A DNA stretch of 64,000 nucleotides from Candidatus Latescibacterota bacterium. Lineage in GTDB: Bacteria; Latescibacterota; UBA2968. The position numbers and the translations under genes are program-made. The stretch lies in contig OZ240241.1 in the NCBI GenBank assembly GCA_965198115.1, forward strand, positions 6,048,001 through 6,112,000, given 5' to 3'. The notes under the pieces were generated by a model, which did not search any database, was not told the DNA's origin, and saw only the letters and a list, made by a program, of their open reading frames with translations. Of the stretch, positions 9,651 to 19,091 are shown one piece after another. Each line of letters starts with the position of its first letter. The stretch's first letter is position 1.

Positions 9651-10292
9651 ATGAGACCGAGCGACCACGGACTCCCCTACGATCCTGAGTTGGCCGTTCG
9701 TCACCTCTGCTCGTGCGAGCATATGGCGGAGACGATTCAGCGCGTCGGTCCGTGTCGCTTGAGGGCGGATCGAAGACTGTCGCTGTATGCGGCGCTGATG
9801 CGATCGATCACTTATCAGCAGCTGTCAGCCAAAGCGGCAGGGGCGATCTGGCGAAAGGTTCGTGAGCTGTTCCCGGGCCGCTTGCCCCGGCCAGATCGAG
9901 CCATCGAGCTGTCCCACGACGATCTGCGATCGGCCGGTCTGTCGAACGCCAAGGCACGGGCGATCAGGGATCTGACGTCGAAAGTGTTGGATGGGACTGT
10001 TCCCTCGCGTCGACGGCTGAACGGGATGGAGGATGAAGCTGTGATCGAGGCGCTGACGCAGGTTCTGGGTGTGGGTCGATGGACGGCCGAGATGATTCTG
10101 TTGTTTTACCTGGGACGACCCGATGTGTTTCCGGTTGGCGATCTGGGGGTGAGGAAGGGCATCAGCCTGGTCTACCGACAAGAGCGGGTGCTGGAGCCGG
10201 ATGAAATCGAGCCGTTCGGCGATCGCTGGCGTCCCTACCGATCCGTTGGGAGCTGGTATATGTGGCGGGTGCTGGACGTGGAGACACCTTGA
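9651..10292 (+). CDS. DNA-3-methyladenine glycosylase II (AlkA/HhH-GPD family)
   Basis: YQQLSAKAA, GVGRWTAEM, DVFPVGDLGVR, WRPYRS. Confidence 0.9.
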   Translation: MRPSDHGLPYDPELAVRHLCSCEHMAETIQRVGPCRLRADRRLSLYAALMRSITYQQLSAKAAGAIWRKVRELFPGRLPRPDRAIELSHDDLRSAGLSNAKARAIRDLTSKVLDGTVPSRRRLNGMEDEAVIEALTQVLGVGRWTAEMILLFYLGRPDVFPVGDLGVRKGISLVYRQERVLEPDEIEPFGDRWRPYRSVGSWYMWRVLDVETP

Positions 10293-10385
10293 GAGAACGG
10301 GTGTTCAATTGTTCAGTGTTCAGGGAAAACCACGCTTCGGGCGCAGTCCCTGCTGTGGCTGGCCGCCGGTCGGTGGAGTCTGACG

Positions 10386-10877
10386 GTGAGTTGTGAGATT
10401 CGGAGGGCGGCGGTGCAGGATTGGCCCGGGATCTGGCAGGTGGTCGAGGAAACTGTAAGACCCGGTGACACGTATGCGATCGATCCGGACATCTCAGAGA
10501 GTGATGTGAAGCGCATCTGGTGGACGGATGCGATTGAGACTTTCGTTGCCGAGGCCGAAGGCGAGATCGTCGGGACGTATATCCTGAAACCGAACCAGGG
10601 CGGCTGCGGTGATCACGTGGCGAATGCGGCGTTTATGGTGGCGGAACGGGCGAGGGGAAAGGGTGTGGGCGAGGCGATGGGTCGGGACGTTATCGAGCGG
10701 GCGGCTGCAGCGGGCTATCGGGGGATGCAGTTCAACTTTGTGGTGTCGACGAACACGGGCGCTGTCCGGCTATGGAAGAAACTGGGATTCGATATTGTCG
10801 GGACGTTGCCCAGGGCATTCAGGCATCCCACGAAAGGCGAAGTCGACGCGTATGTGATGTATCGATCGCTCGTGTGA
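10386..10877 (+). CDS. GNAT family N-acetyltransferase
   Basis: ARGKGVG, QFNFVVSTN..AVRLWKKLGF. Confidence 0.9.
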   Translation: MSCEIRRAAVQDWPGIWQVVEETVRPGDTYAIDPDISESDVKRIWWTDAIETFVAEAEGEIVGTYILKPNQGGCGDHVANAAFMVAERARGKGVGEAMGRDVIERAAAAGYRGMQFNFVVSTNTGAVRLWKKLGFDIVGTLPRAFRHPTKGEVDAYVMYRSLV

Positions 10878-10880
10878 CGG

Positions 10881-11864
10881 TTACGCGTCGAGGAAGTCTT
10901 TGACGCGTGGATGATCGAGCACCTCGGGGTTGAGGATGTGATCGGGCTGGCGCCCTTCGATGGCGTCGGTGATCTGATCGAAGGTGCATTGGTCGAGACG
11001 CGTGCACGAGCCGACGGTCATTCCGCCGTTGTGGTTCGTGCAGATGATGCGAGGGTTTCCTTCGTGGATGGCACGCGGTCCGTTCACGGGGTCATCGACG
11101 ACATAGTAGTAAAGCCGGTTTTCACGGATGGCGCGGTTGACGTCGTCGTCGTCGACGAGGTTGCCCCGCGAGGGGTTGATGAGCGACGCGTGAGGCTGCA
11201 TCGCGCAGAGCAGGTCGTAGGTCACGATCGTGTCGTCGCCTGCGACGTGGATCGAGACGGTGTCGCATTGCTCGAACAGCGCTTTCGGGTGGTCGACGAC
11301 CTCGGCGCCGTAGTTCGCCGCGACTTCGTGAATGTCGGGTCGGATGTCGTAGACGAGGAGCCGTCCGTTTTCGCCGAGCAGGGGCACGGCTCGCTTGGCA
11401 ACTTCCTGACCGATGCGGCCGAAGCCCAAGAGACCGAGCGATCCCCCTTCGATGTCGAACGTTCGGATGAGCGAGAAATCGCCGCCGTGTGATAGGTGGT
11501 TGAGGGTGTAGGTCCGTTTGAGGGTCGCCGTCCACTGGGCGATTGTATACTCGGCGACCGTGTCCATATGCACGGGCGAAGTGGTGATGATGACGCCGAC
11601 CTCGTTCGCCTTCCTCTGATTCACGTTTTCGAATCCCACGCCCCAACGCGCGATAATGCGCAGGTCTTTCGCCGTTTCGTAGAAGCCATCGTGAATGGGC
11701 TTGGAGTTGGCGATGACGGCGACGACGTTCTCCGCCTCGGCCGCCGTGAGCTCGTCGGGGTAGAATTCTGTCGTGGCCATCTTGTTCAAGGCCGCGATTC
11801 CGTTCGAGCGGACGTCCGATTCGAAATCCGGGTTTTGTAGGGCGGGCGTGAGAAGGATGCGCAT
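10881..11864 (-). CDS. D-isomer-specific 2-hydroxyacid dehydrogenase family protein
   Basis: ARWGVG, GLLGFGRIG, INPSRG, TNHNGG. Confidence 0.88.
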   Translation of the reverse strand: MRILLTPALQNPDFESDVRSNGIAALNKMATTEFYPDELTAAEAENVVAVIANSKPIHDGFYETAKDLRIIARWGVGFENVNQRKANEVGVIITTSPVHMDTVAEYTIAQWTATLKRTYTLNHLSHGGDFSLIRTFDIEGGSLGLLGFGRIGQEVAKRAVPLLGENGRLLVYDIRPDIHEVAANYGAEVVDHPKALFEQCDTVSIHVAGDDTIVTYDLLCAMQPHASLINPSRGNLVDDDDVNRAIRENRLYYYVVDDPVNGPRAIHEGNPRIICTNHNGGMTVGSCTRLDQCTFDQITDAIEGRQPDHILNPEVLDHPRVKDFLDA

Positions 11865-12047
11865 TGAGTAATCTCCAAAAACAGAAACAAGCCACTGAGG
11901 ACACTGAGAACACGGAGAGGGTCGGTGAACCTGGACCCGGTGGCCCTATCAGGGGAGCTTGTTCGAGGTAGGACAGAATTCCGTTTTCTGTCGCGGCAAG
12001 ATAGCATTCTGAGTTGGTCGTAGGAAGCGTAGAGATCTGAGATCAAG

Positions 12048-14444
12048 ATGCTTTCCAACTACATCAAAGTCGCCTGGCGGCATCTGTTGCGTGAGAAGGT
12101 GGTCAGTCTGATCAGCGTCGTCAGTCTGTCACTGGGTATCGCGTGTGCTTTGCTGGTGTTCGTCTTTCTGCAGATGGAGTGGGTTCGCGACGATTTCCAC
12201 GTGAACGCAGAGCGGGTGTTCCGCATCGATGGAACGAACGAGGCGGCAAACGACAGGTGGAACGAATCCTTTGCACTTCAATCGGCTGAGCTGGGGTCCG
12301 AACTTCAGACAATGTTGCCCGAGGTCGTGGAATCCGTCGCCCGCTGGGGCCCCAGTTTCGGACGGTTGCGTCGAGACGATTTTACGATTCGATTCGACAT
12401 CACCTACGTAGACAGTTCGCTTTTCTCGATGTTTTCGTTCGACATCGCGTACGGCGATCGGGCACCGTTCTCCACGCCGAACGAAATCGTGCTGACGTCG
12501 AAGACGGCCGAACGCTATGCGAAAGGCGGTGATGTGGCATCTCTCATCGGGGAGTCGTTTACCTTCTACACGAGTGGGAATACCCCCTTCCAAGTCACGT
12601 GCACGGCCATTATCGACGGCCCGACGTATCGATCGAGTCTGCAATTTGAAGGTCTTGTTCCCTTCGACCTGATGGCGGGCTATCAGGAGACGGGAGATGC
12701 GGTTCTGACCTTCGCGATGCTCGAACGACCGGAAGACAGGGTCGCTCTTGAAGGTGCGTTGCCCGATCTGGCGAAACGGATGTTCGCGAAGCAGAGCGAC
12801 GAGCTCCGGGGGAAGGGCCAGTGGTCGCAGGAAGAGGATCCGTTTGCGCTTCACACAGTCGCGCTGAACGAGATGCTCGAGAACCGCACACCGGGCGATA
12901 TGCTGCGGGTGATGTCAGAAGCGATGGTGTGGATCGTCGGCGTGCTGGGAGGGCTCGTGCTGATGGTGGGCGCCGTCAATTTCACCGTGCTTTCTCTCGG
13001 GCGTGCCGTCTACAGAGCAAAGGAGATCGGGCTGCGCAAGGTGACCGGCGCGCAAGGCGGTCAGGTCATCGGTCAGCATATCGTGGAGGCAGTCCTGCTC
13101 TGCGTCATTTCGACTTGCGTGGGTGTCTTTCTGGCGGACACGCTGATGCCACCTCTGTCGGCGCTGTTCTCGATTCCGAACTACGAACTCCGGTGGTCGG
13201 CCACGCCCATCTTTTGGGTTTTCCTCCTCTGTCTGCCTCTTGTTGTGGGATCGCTCGCCGGGTTCTATCCAGCCTATGCCGCGTCACGAATAGAGCCGGC
13301 AGCGGTGATGCGTGGGATCGGAATGCGAGCCCGGAAGGGTCGTCTGGCCCGGTCCCTCGTCGTGATTCAGTTCGGGGCTGCGGTTTTCCTGCTCGCCTCA
13401 ACGGAGGTGATGCTCGGGCAGTATTACCACGGCCGCGCGATGGACCGCGGCTACGACCCGAATTCGCTGCTGGTGATCGACGTGAACAGCGACGACTATG
13501 AACTGATCTACCCACGTTATCGGGCGCGCGTCATCGGGCTTCCGGGCGTCGAAGGCGTTGCGGGGTCTTCGAGGGCGCTCGGTGTGGGGGCAAACTATTA
13601 CAGGTCGGAAGAGCCGGAGATGCACATTTTCCACACGAGCGTGACCCCGGAATTCGCATCGACCTTCGGTCTGACGATTGTGGAAGGACGTGACTTTCGC
13701 CCGAACGGGCCTTTGGACGAGGTCCTGGTGAATCAGAAACTCGTAGAAGAGATGGGTTGGGACGATCCGATCGGTCAAGTCGTTCCCTTTAAATACGGTC
13801 TGGTCGACCACCCGATCGTCGCAGGCGTCGTCGAAGACTTCATCTATCTATTGCCAATGGCCCCTGTGTATCCGTTCGTCGCCCACCGTGACACGTCCCA
13901 ACAGACTGCGAGGGTCTGGGTTCGTTTCGATCGGTCGGAAACCGGAACGATCGTGCCTCAGTTGAAGGAGGCCTGGCGTGAAGTCGCCCCCGCCGCTCCG
14001 ACTGATCTGGAGATTCTTTCAGACTACATCGGGGCGAGGGATGAGGATGAGATCAAACTGTTCGAGTCCGTGGGCTACGCATCTTCGGTATTCGGAACCT
14101 TGATATCCTGTTTGGGTCTGTTCGGGCTCGCGCTGCACACGTTAGCCACGCGGACGAAAGAGGTCGGCGTCCGGAAGGTGCTGGGTGCGTCCGTCCCGTC
14201 GGTGTTCGTTCTGTTGTCCAAACATCTGATTCTTTTGTCGGTTGCCGGGTGCGTGCTGGGGAGCCTGGGTTCCTACTACGTGGTTGGGCTGCTGGTGCAG
14301 AATTTCGCCCACCAGGAACCGATCGGTATCCATCACTTTGCCGTGCCTTCGGCTGCCTTGATTCTTTTGGCGCTGGGCTCGATCTGCTACCATACGGTGA
14401 GGACGGCGTATTTGGATCCGACTGAGGAACTCAAATACGAGTGA
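12048..14444 (+). CDS. ABC transporter permease (MacB/FtsX-like, duplicated)
   Basis: NYIKVAWRHL, RAKEIGLRKVTGA, RTKEVGVRKVLGAS, ends LKYE. Confidence 0.9.
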   Translation: MLSNYIKVAWRHLLREKVVSLISVVSLSLGIACALLVFVFLQMEWVRDDFHVNAERVFRIDGTNEAANDRWNESFALQSAELGSELQTMLPEVVESVARWGPSFGRLRRDDFTIRFDITYVDSSLFSMFSFDIAYGDRAPFSTPNEIVLTSKTAERYAKGGDVASLIGESFTFYTSGNTPFQVTCTAIIDGPTYRSSLQFEGLVPFDLMAGYQETGDAVLTFAMLERPEDRVALEGALPDLAKRMFAKQSDELRGKGQWSQEEDPFALHTVALNEMLENRTPGDMLRVMSEAMVWIVGVLGGLVLMVGAVNFTVLSLGRAVYRAKEIGLRKVTGAQGGQVIGQHIVEAVLLCVISTCVGVFLADTLMPPLSALFSIPNYELRWSATPIFWVFLLCLPLVVGSLAGFYPAYAASRIEPAAVMRGIGMRARKGRLARSLVVIQFGAAVFLLASTEVMLGQYYHGRAMDRGYDPNSLLVIDVNSDDYELIYPRYRARVIGLPGVEGVAGSSRALGVGANYYRSEEPEMHIFHTSVTPEFASTFGLTIVEGRDFRPNGPLDEVLVNQKLVEEMGWDDPIGQVVPFKYGLVDHPIVAGVVEDFIYLLPMAPVYPFVAHRDTSQQTARVWVRFDRSETGTIVPQLKEAWREVAPAAPTDLEILSDYIGARDEDEIKLFESVGYASSVFGTLISCLGLFGLALHTLATRTKEVGVRKVLGASVPSVFVLLSKHLILLSVAGCVLGSLGSYYVVGLLVQNFAHQEPIGIHHFAVPSAALILLALGSICYHTVRTAYLDPTEELKYE

Positions 14445-14540
14445 TTACGAAAGACAGGCGAGTCCTTCGGTACGCGACCTGCGGTACTCAAGGCAGGCAG
14501 GTGAGCAGGTGTGGCGACGGTTGATGTTCTGGGGGATCCT

Positions 14541-15002
14541 ATGGGACTGACTGATCGAGCGGAGGCTTTGCGAGGGCAGGCTGAGGAAGAGGCGCAGCGG
14601 CTCGGGCATATGTATGTGTCGACAGGGCACGTTCTACTGGCGATTGCCCGCCACGCAACCGATCAGATCCGCGTGGCCTTGATTCATCTTGAGGTGGAGA
14701 CGAATGAGTTGATCGAACAGATTAACGCGTCGGTTTCAGGATCGGGTGTTCAGGTCAGTAGGCAAGACATTCCCTTTTCGCCCCGCGCTACGAAGGTGTT
14801 CGATCGAGCCAGCGACGTCGCAGCGTCTCTGGGTGCCACGTCTGCCGATAGCGAGCACGTCTTACTCGCTCTGCTTGAAGATGAGGAGGGCGTTGCAGCC
14901 CAGGTGTTGGAGCACTATGGTGTGGATTACGCGTCGATCTTGAATCAGTTGGGGAGCGACAGGGGAGCGGGAGACCAGGGGAACGGGCGTGGTGATGGCT
15001 GA
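14541..15002 (+). CDS. Stand-alone Clp protease N-terminal (double Clp-N repeat) protein
   Basis: AEEEAQRLGHMYVSTGHVLLA ... PFSPRATKV ... SEHVLLALL, with no AAA+ domain. Confidence 0.8.
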   Translation: MGLTDRAEALRGQAEEEAQRLGHMYVSTGHVLLAIARHATDQIRVALIHLEVETNELIEQINASVSGSGVQVSRQDIPFSPRATKVFDRASDVAASLGATSADSEHVLLALLEDEEGVAAQVLEHYGVDYASILNQLGSDRGAGDQGNGRGDG

Positions 15003-15023
15003 AGGCACGATTGCTTTGTTGTA

Positions 15024-15045
15024 AAAGTGGCCCCGGGGCCACTTT
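15024..15045. repeat. Perfect 22-bp palindrome AAAGTGGCCCCGGGGCCACTTT
   Basis: Read directly. A related AAAAGTGGTCCCGG occurs at 17794-17807. Confidence 0.8.
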
Positions 15046-15067
15046 CTATAAATAAAATTACAACTAG

Positions 15068-16696
15068 CCTGAATCATGCATGAATTTGAGTTTAGGTTGT
15101 TTTGGAGTGATGTGATCACGCACAGGATTTGTTCTCGGCTTCTTCGGATGTCCAAGGTCCCGTAAGCGGTCTCTACGAGTCGCAAGAGTCACGATTTTCG
15201 TCCGGAACAGGTGTTGTTTTGCGACGTGTACATAGCTGTCCCCGGTATAGATCGGCGTTGTTACTGCGTGTTCGTTTCGAGCCTGGTGATGATTGACACC
15301 AAGACGTTTTTGAGTGGATACGATGTTGGAAAATGGAATCGGATTCTTCGTGCGCTTTCAATGACTCTCGCGCCGATTTTGAGGAAACGGTTCTGTATCG
15401 TGTTGACCTGAGGTTTGGTCCACGCGGTGCCCTTGAGTCCCTGTGATCGGAGTGCGTGAAGCAAGGTGTATGCAGCACTGTGTAGAAAGAGTCGGAACTG
15501 GTTGGCTTCAAACTTGTGGCACGATGTTCGATCGGAGTGAAGGAATGTTTTGTGGTCCTTGATGAAGCCTTCCGTGCGTCCCCTTGCGCAGTAGATACGA
15601 TCATAGATAAAGCCGTCTCGATTACTCTGTAAATTGGTCACGCGGTATCTTGGATTTGCTTCGCCGTTTGTGACTTCAGCCTTGTGAATGATCCGGCGAG
15701 GCTGCCGGTAGGTGCCAGCCTGATATGAGAAGGATGAGAACAAGCGAATCGTCTCCTTATGCTCGCTCAGACGTAGCGCTTGGTCCATCAGGTTTTGTCC
15801 AGCCGCTTTGAGCTTGGAGTTGGCGCCCTGGCCCAGAACGTAGTAGATACCGTTGTCTTCGCAGAAATCGTGCATCTCTGGTGAGCTGAACTTTGAGTCT
15901 GCGCGAACGATGATCTCCACGTTTGGCCAAGATCCGCGTAGGTGTTCCACCAAGCGCTTGAGAATAGAAACGACCTGTTTACCGTTCGTCGGATGCCCGG
16001 GTCTCAAGATCGTCGTAATGAGCTTGCCGCTTTGGCCTTCATAGATATGTAGCGGCATATAGCAGTGTTCATTGTAATACGCGTTGAAGAGTGAAAATTG
16101 TTGCGCACCGTGCGTTGGGTCATCCGTGTCGTCGATATCGAGAATGATGCTTGGGGGTGCCTGGTCATACGATGCGATGAACCCGTCTACAAAAGCCCGT
16201 GCGAGCCGATACAAATCCGAGCGTCGCACATCATTCTCAAGTCGTGTCATCGTTGATTGGCTCCCGAGATCAGGACCGGAAAGAGGAAGCCGATCGCAGG
16301 CAGCCTTGACGCCCGGATCGTGGCGCAAATCATCACAATCGACGGCATCTTCATAGCCGCAAGCGATCTGAAAAACACGCTGCTTCACAAGATCCAAAAG
16401 CGTGTGATCGATATAGCTTGGGTGACGACGATCTCGCAAAGCATCTACCATTCTGGCGATCAATCCCATCTGAGACTCAAGGGCGCGAAGCAACAGAACT
16501 CCACCGTCACTCCTGACGGCGCCACCGGCAAAATCAGCCTCAACTACCTTGCCCGAAATGCTTGCGAATGGTAACCGGATCTGACTAGGTTCTATCACGG
16601 TAGTTCCTTCCAAGTGTTGTTTTGATGTGTCAGCCCTAATGTAGGGAAAAACAAACACTTGTACAAGGAGACTACCTTTTTTATGCATAATTCAGG
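15068..16696 (-). mobile_element. IS1380 family insertion sequence
   Basis: Terminal IRs CCTGAATCATGCATGAA / CCTGAATTATGCATAAA, 4-bp TSD CTAG (15064-67 and 16697-700), lower GC than flanks. Confidence 0.92.
15261..16688 (-). CDS. IS1380 family transposase (DDE_Tnp_1_4); start may lie further downstream
   Basis: SDGGVLLLR, IACGYED, LDIDDTDD..HG.Q, VRADS, YCARG..E..IK, ANQFRL. Confidence 0.92.
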   Translation of the reverse strand: MHKKGSLLVQVFVFPYIRADTSKQHLEGTTVIEPSQIRLPFASISGKVVEADFAGGAVRSDGGVLLLRALESQMGLIARMVDALRDRRHPSYIDHTLLDLVKQRVFQIACGYEDAVDCDDLRHDPGVKAACDRLPLSGPDLGSQSTMTRLENDVRRSDLYRLARAFVDGFIASYDQAPPSIILDIDDTDDPTHGAQQFSLFNAYYNEHCYMPLHIYEGQSGKLITTILRPGHPTNGKQVVSILKRLVEHLRGSWPNVEIIVRADSKFSSPEMHDFCEDNGIYYVLGQGANSKLKAAGQNLMDQALRLSEHKETIRLFSSFSYQAGTYRQPRRIIHKAEVTNGEANPRYRVTNLQSNRDGFIYDRIYCARGRTEGFIKDHKTFLHSDRTSCHKFEANQFRLFLHSAAYTLLHALRSQGLKGTAWTKPQVNTIQNRFLKIGARVIESARRIRFHFPTSYPLKNVLVSIITRLETNTQ

Positions 16697-17605
16697 CTAG
16701 GCCTCTTCAGCCACCTCGCCGAAGGTCCACTCACCGCTGCTGAGCTCGCCACCCTGCTCGACGTGAGTGCCGATAAGCTCTCGATCCTCTGCTACGCCCT
16801 GGTTGCCGCTGACCTTTTGACCGTCACCGAAGGCCGTTTCGCGAACACCGTCGAATCCGGAAACTATCTCGTCCGCGACAAGCCGCAGTTCCTGGGCAAC
16901 CGTCACCACATCTGGTCGCGCATCTGGCCCGCCGCGATGCAGGCTGCAGAATCGATCCGGACTGGTGCGCCCCAGGCCCCGTTGGACTTCGGCACCTTGT
17001 CCGGCGAAGAGCAGTTTGCGTTTTTCAACGGACTCCATCCCGCATCGATCAACGGTGGGCGTGACTTCGCCGCAAATCACGACCTTTCCGGATTTTCGAC
17101 ATTGGTGGATGTAGGCGGTGGGTCCGGCGGTTTCACTCTCGGCCTCGTCGAGCGGTGGTCGCATCTCAAAGCGACGATCGTAGACCTTCCCCACATCATA
17201 CCTCTCACACTGCGCTTTCTCGAGGAAACCGAATCGGAAGATCGAATCGCCGTTGTCGGCGCCGACCTCGTTGCCGGTCCGTGCCCGGAAGATTTGACGA
17301 ATGCTTTCGACATTGCCGTTCTCAGAAACTTCCTGCAGGTCCTCTCGCCCGACGACGCCCGATCCGCCCTCCGCAACGTAGCCGATGCAATGACTACCGG
17401 TGGACGCCTCTACGTCTCCGGTCACATCCTCGACAACACGCGAACAACACCCAGGGACACCGTATCTTTCAACCTGGTGTTCCTCAACATTTACGAAAAC
17501 GGCCAGGCCTATACTCGACACGAGTATGAAACCTGGCTCGAGGAAACGGGATTTAATGGTATTGAGTTTTTGAGTGACGAGCTTGTGACCGCCCTTAAGC
17601 CATAG
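16697..17605 (+). pseudogene. SAM-dependent O-methyltransferase (Methyltransf_2 with dimerisation domain), 5' end cut by IS1380
   Basis: LVDVGGGSG motif. The frame extends upstream of the ORF-track start as LGLFSHLAEGPLTAAELATLL up to the CTAG TSD and joins CAA CTA G on the other side of the IS. Confidence 0.75.
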
Positions 17606-17622
17606 ACGTTCGTCACCGGTAC

Positions 17623-17696
17623 GTGGGGCTAAAGCCCCACGCCAAAAGGCAGCCCTTCGACTGCGCTCAGGATAAACTCCGCCCGCTGAAGCGGGC
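17623..17696. repeat. REP-like palindrome cluster
   Basis: GTGGGGCTAAAGCCCCAC, CCTTCGACTGCGCTCAGGAT and GCCCGCTGAAGCGGGC in one intergenic region. Confidence 0.6.
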
Positions 17697-17869
17697 CGGT
17701 AAGACAACCACTCGCGAAAGAGGATTTATACCCCAGCATGCTTCTGAGGCCCATTCTTGTCCCTCTAAGATCATCGATTGTGGGACGACTGCGAAAAGTG
17801 GTCCCGGCTCAACACACCACCGGGATGACAAAATCTCCCTCGATTTCCCGATTTCCTAATTCCTTAATT

Positions 17870-18964
17870 TCATAATGTCTCAACGCACTCCTGCTTCACT
17901 CGATGTCCTCCATCCACCTCTTCTATCCCCATAGGCCGCGTCAAAGCGATCTCCTTCTCCTGCGTCGTCATCACCGGAAAGGCGTACCGATCATTGCGAT
18001 GCTTCATCGCTCCGCGCTCCGTCTCCCACGTCACGACGAATTCGCGATGAGCGGATAGCCTTCCCTCCGCTTCCTTCCGCCCGATCTCGACGACGTCGTC
18101 CATTCGGTCGGCAATCGTCGACTCGAGCTCTGGATTCAACTCATATCCCACGCTGTTCCGCCCTGTCATCGCCGCAGCCAGACCTGTCGTCCCCGTTCCC
18201 AGAAAGGGATCCAGCACCACATCTCCCCGAACCGAATACATATAGATAAGTCTTCGAGCCAATTCGAGAGGAAAGGCCGCACTTCGATCGCGGCCTCCCC
18301 GATCGAGCGATTGGGACGTGCCCTTCAGGTCCATCCACACATCTGAAAACCAAGCGTTGCGCTCTTCCCAGAAGATCGCACTCGATCGGCGGAGCTTTTT
18401 TTCCTGATCGGTCTCGAACACACGCTTCCCACCCTTCCGCAGGATCAGGATATACTCGTGCTCCAGCGTGACATAGGCACCCACCGGCAGCATTCCCGAT
18501 CCCATAAACTTGGTCGGCGCATTCGTCGGCTTCCGCCACAGGATTACGGGCAACGGCGAAAACCCGAGGTCTTGGGCTGCACGAAGTACTCTCGCGTGGT
18601 TGGGGTAAAGTTGAAAGTCATCGCCAATCGTCCTCACCGCATCCCCGACGTTCAGACAGGCGAAGCCGCCCTGGCGCAGCACGCGCCAGCATTCCCTCCA
18701 CACCTCATCCAATTGTCGATGCATCGCCTCGAACGCCCCGACTCCATCGTCCTCTGCCAGCCTGTTCGCGGTTCGCGGGTCTCGGTTCCCGAGCGCATCA
18801 TCCCACATCGCGATCATCGGATACGGGGGCGACGTTATAACGAGATCCACCTCACCATCAGCAACGGCAGTCATGTCCGCAGCATCTTCGAAATAGACAG
18901 TGTGCGAAGTCTCGATTGCCGTATTTTGCACTTTGCATTCTCCATTTTGCATTGTTAACGACAT
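17870..18964 (-). CDS. Orphan DNA methyltransferase (N4-cytosine/N6-adenine, beta class); start uncertain
   Basis: ITSPPY (motif IV) precedes VLDPFLGTGTT (motif I). No adjacent endonuclease. Confidence 0.88.
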   Translation of the reverse strand: MSLTMQNGECKVQNTAIETSHTVYFEDAADMTAVADGEVDLVITSPPYPMIAMWDDALGNRDPRTANRLAEDDGVGAFEAMHRQLDEVWRECWRVLRQGGFACLNVGDAVRTIGDDFQLYPNHARVLRAAQDLGFSPLPVILWRKPTNAPTKFMGSGMLPVGAYVTLEHEYILILRKGGKRVFETDQEKKLRRSSAIFWEERNAWFSDVWMDLKGTSQSLDRGGRDRSAAFPLELARRLIYMYSVRGDVVLDPFLGTGTTGLAAAMTGRNSVGYELNPELESTIADRMDDVVEIGRKEAEGRLSAHREFVVTWETERGAMKHRNDRYAFPVMTTQEKEIALTRPMGIEEVDGGHRVKQECVETL

Positions 18965-19091
18965 CCTTAGATTAGGGCCACCATCCGGAGATGTCTAGCA
19001 CGAAAACACGCGCAGGTGTCACTTCGAGCGGAGTCGAAGGGTCGAGAAGTCCGACCCAAATTCCATAGTTTCCTGATTCCCTAATTTCCCA

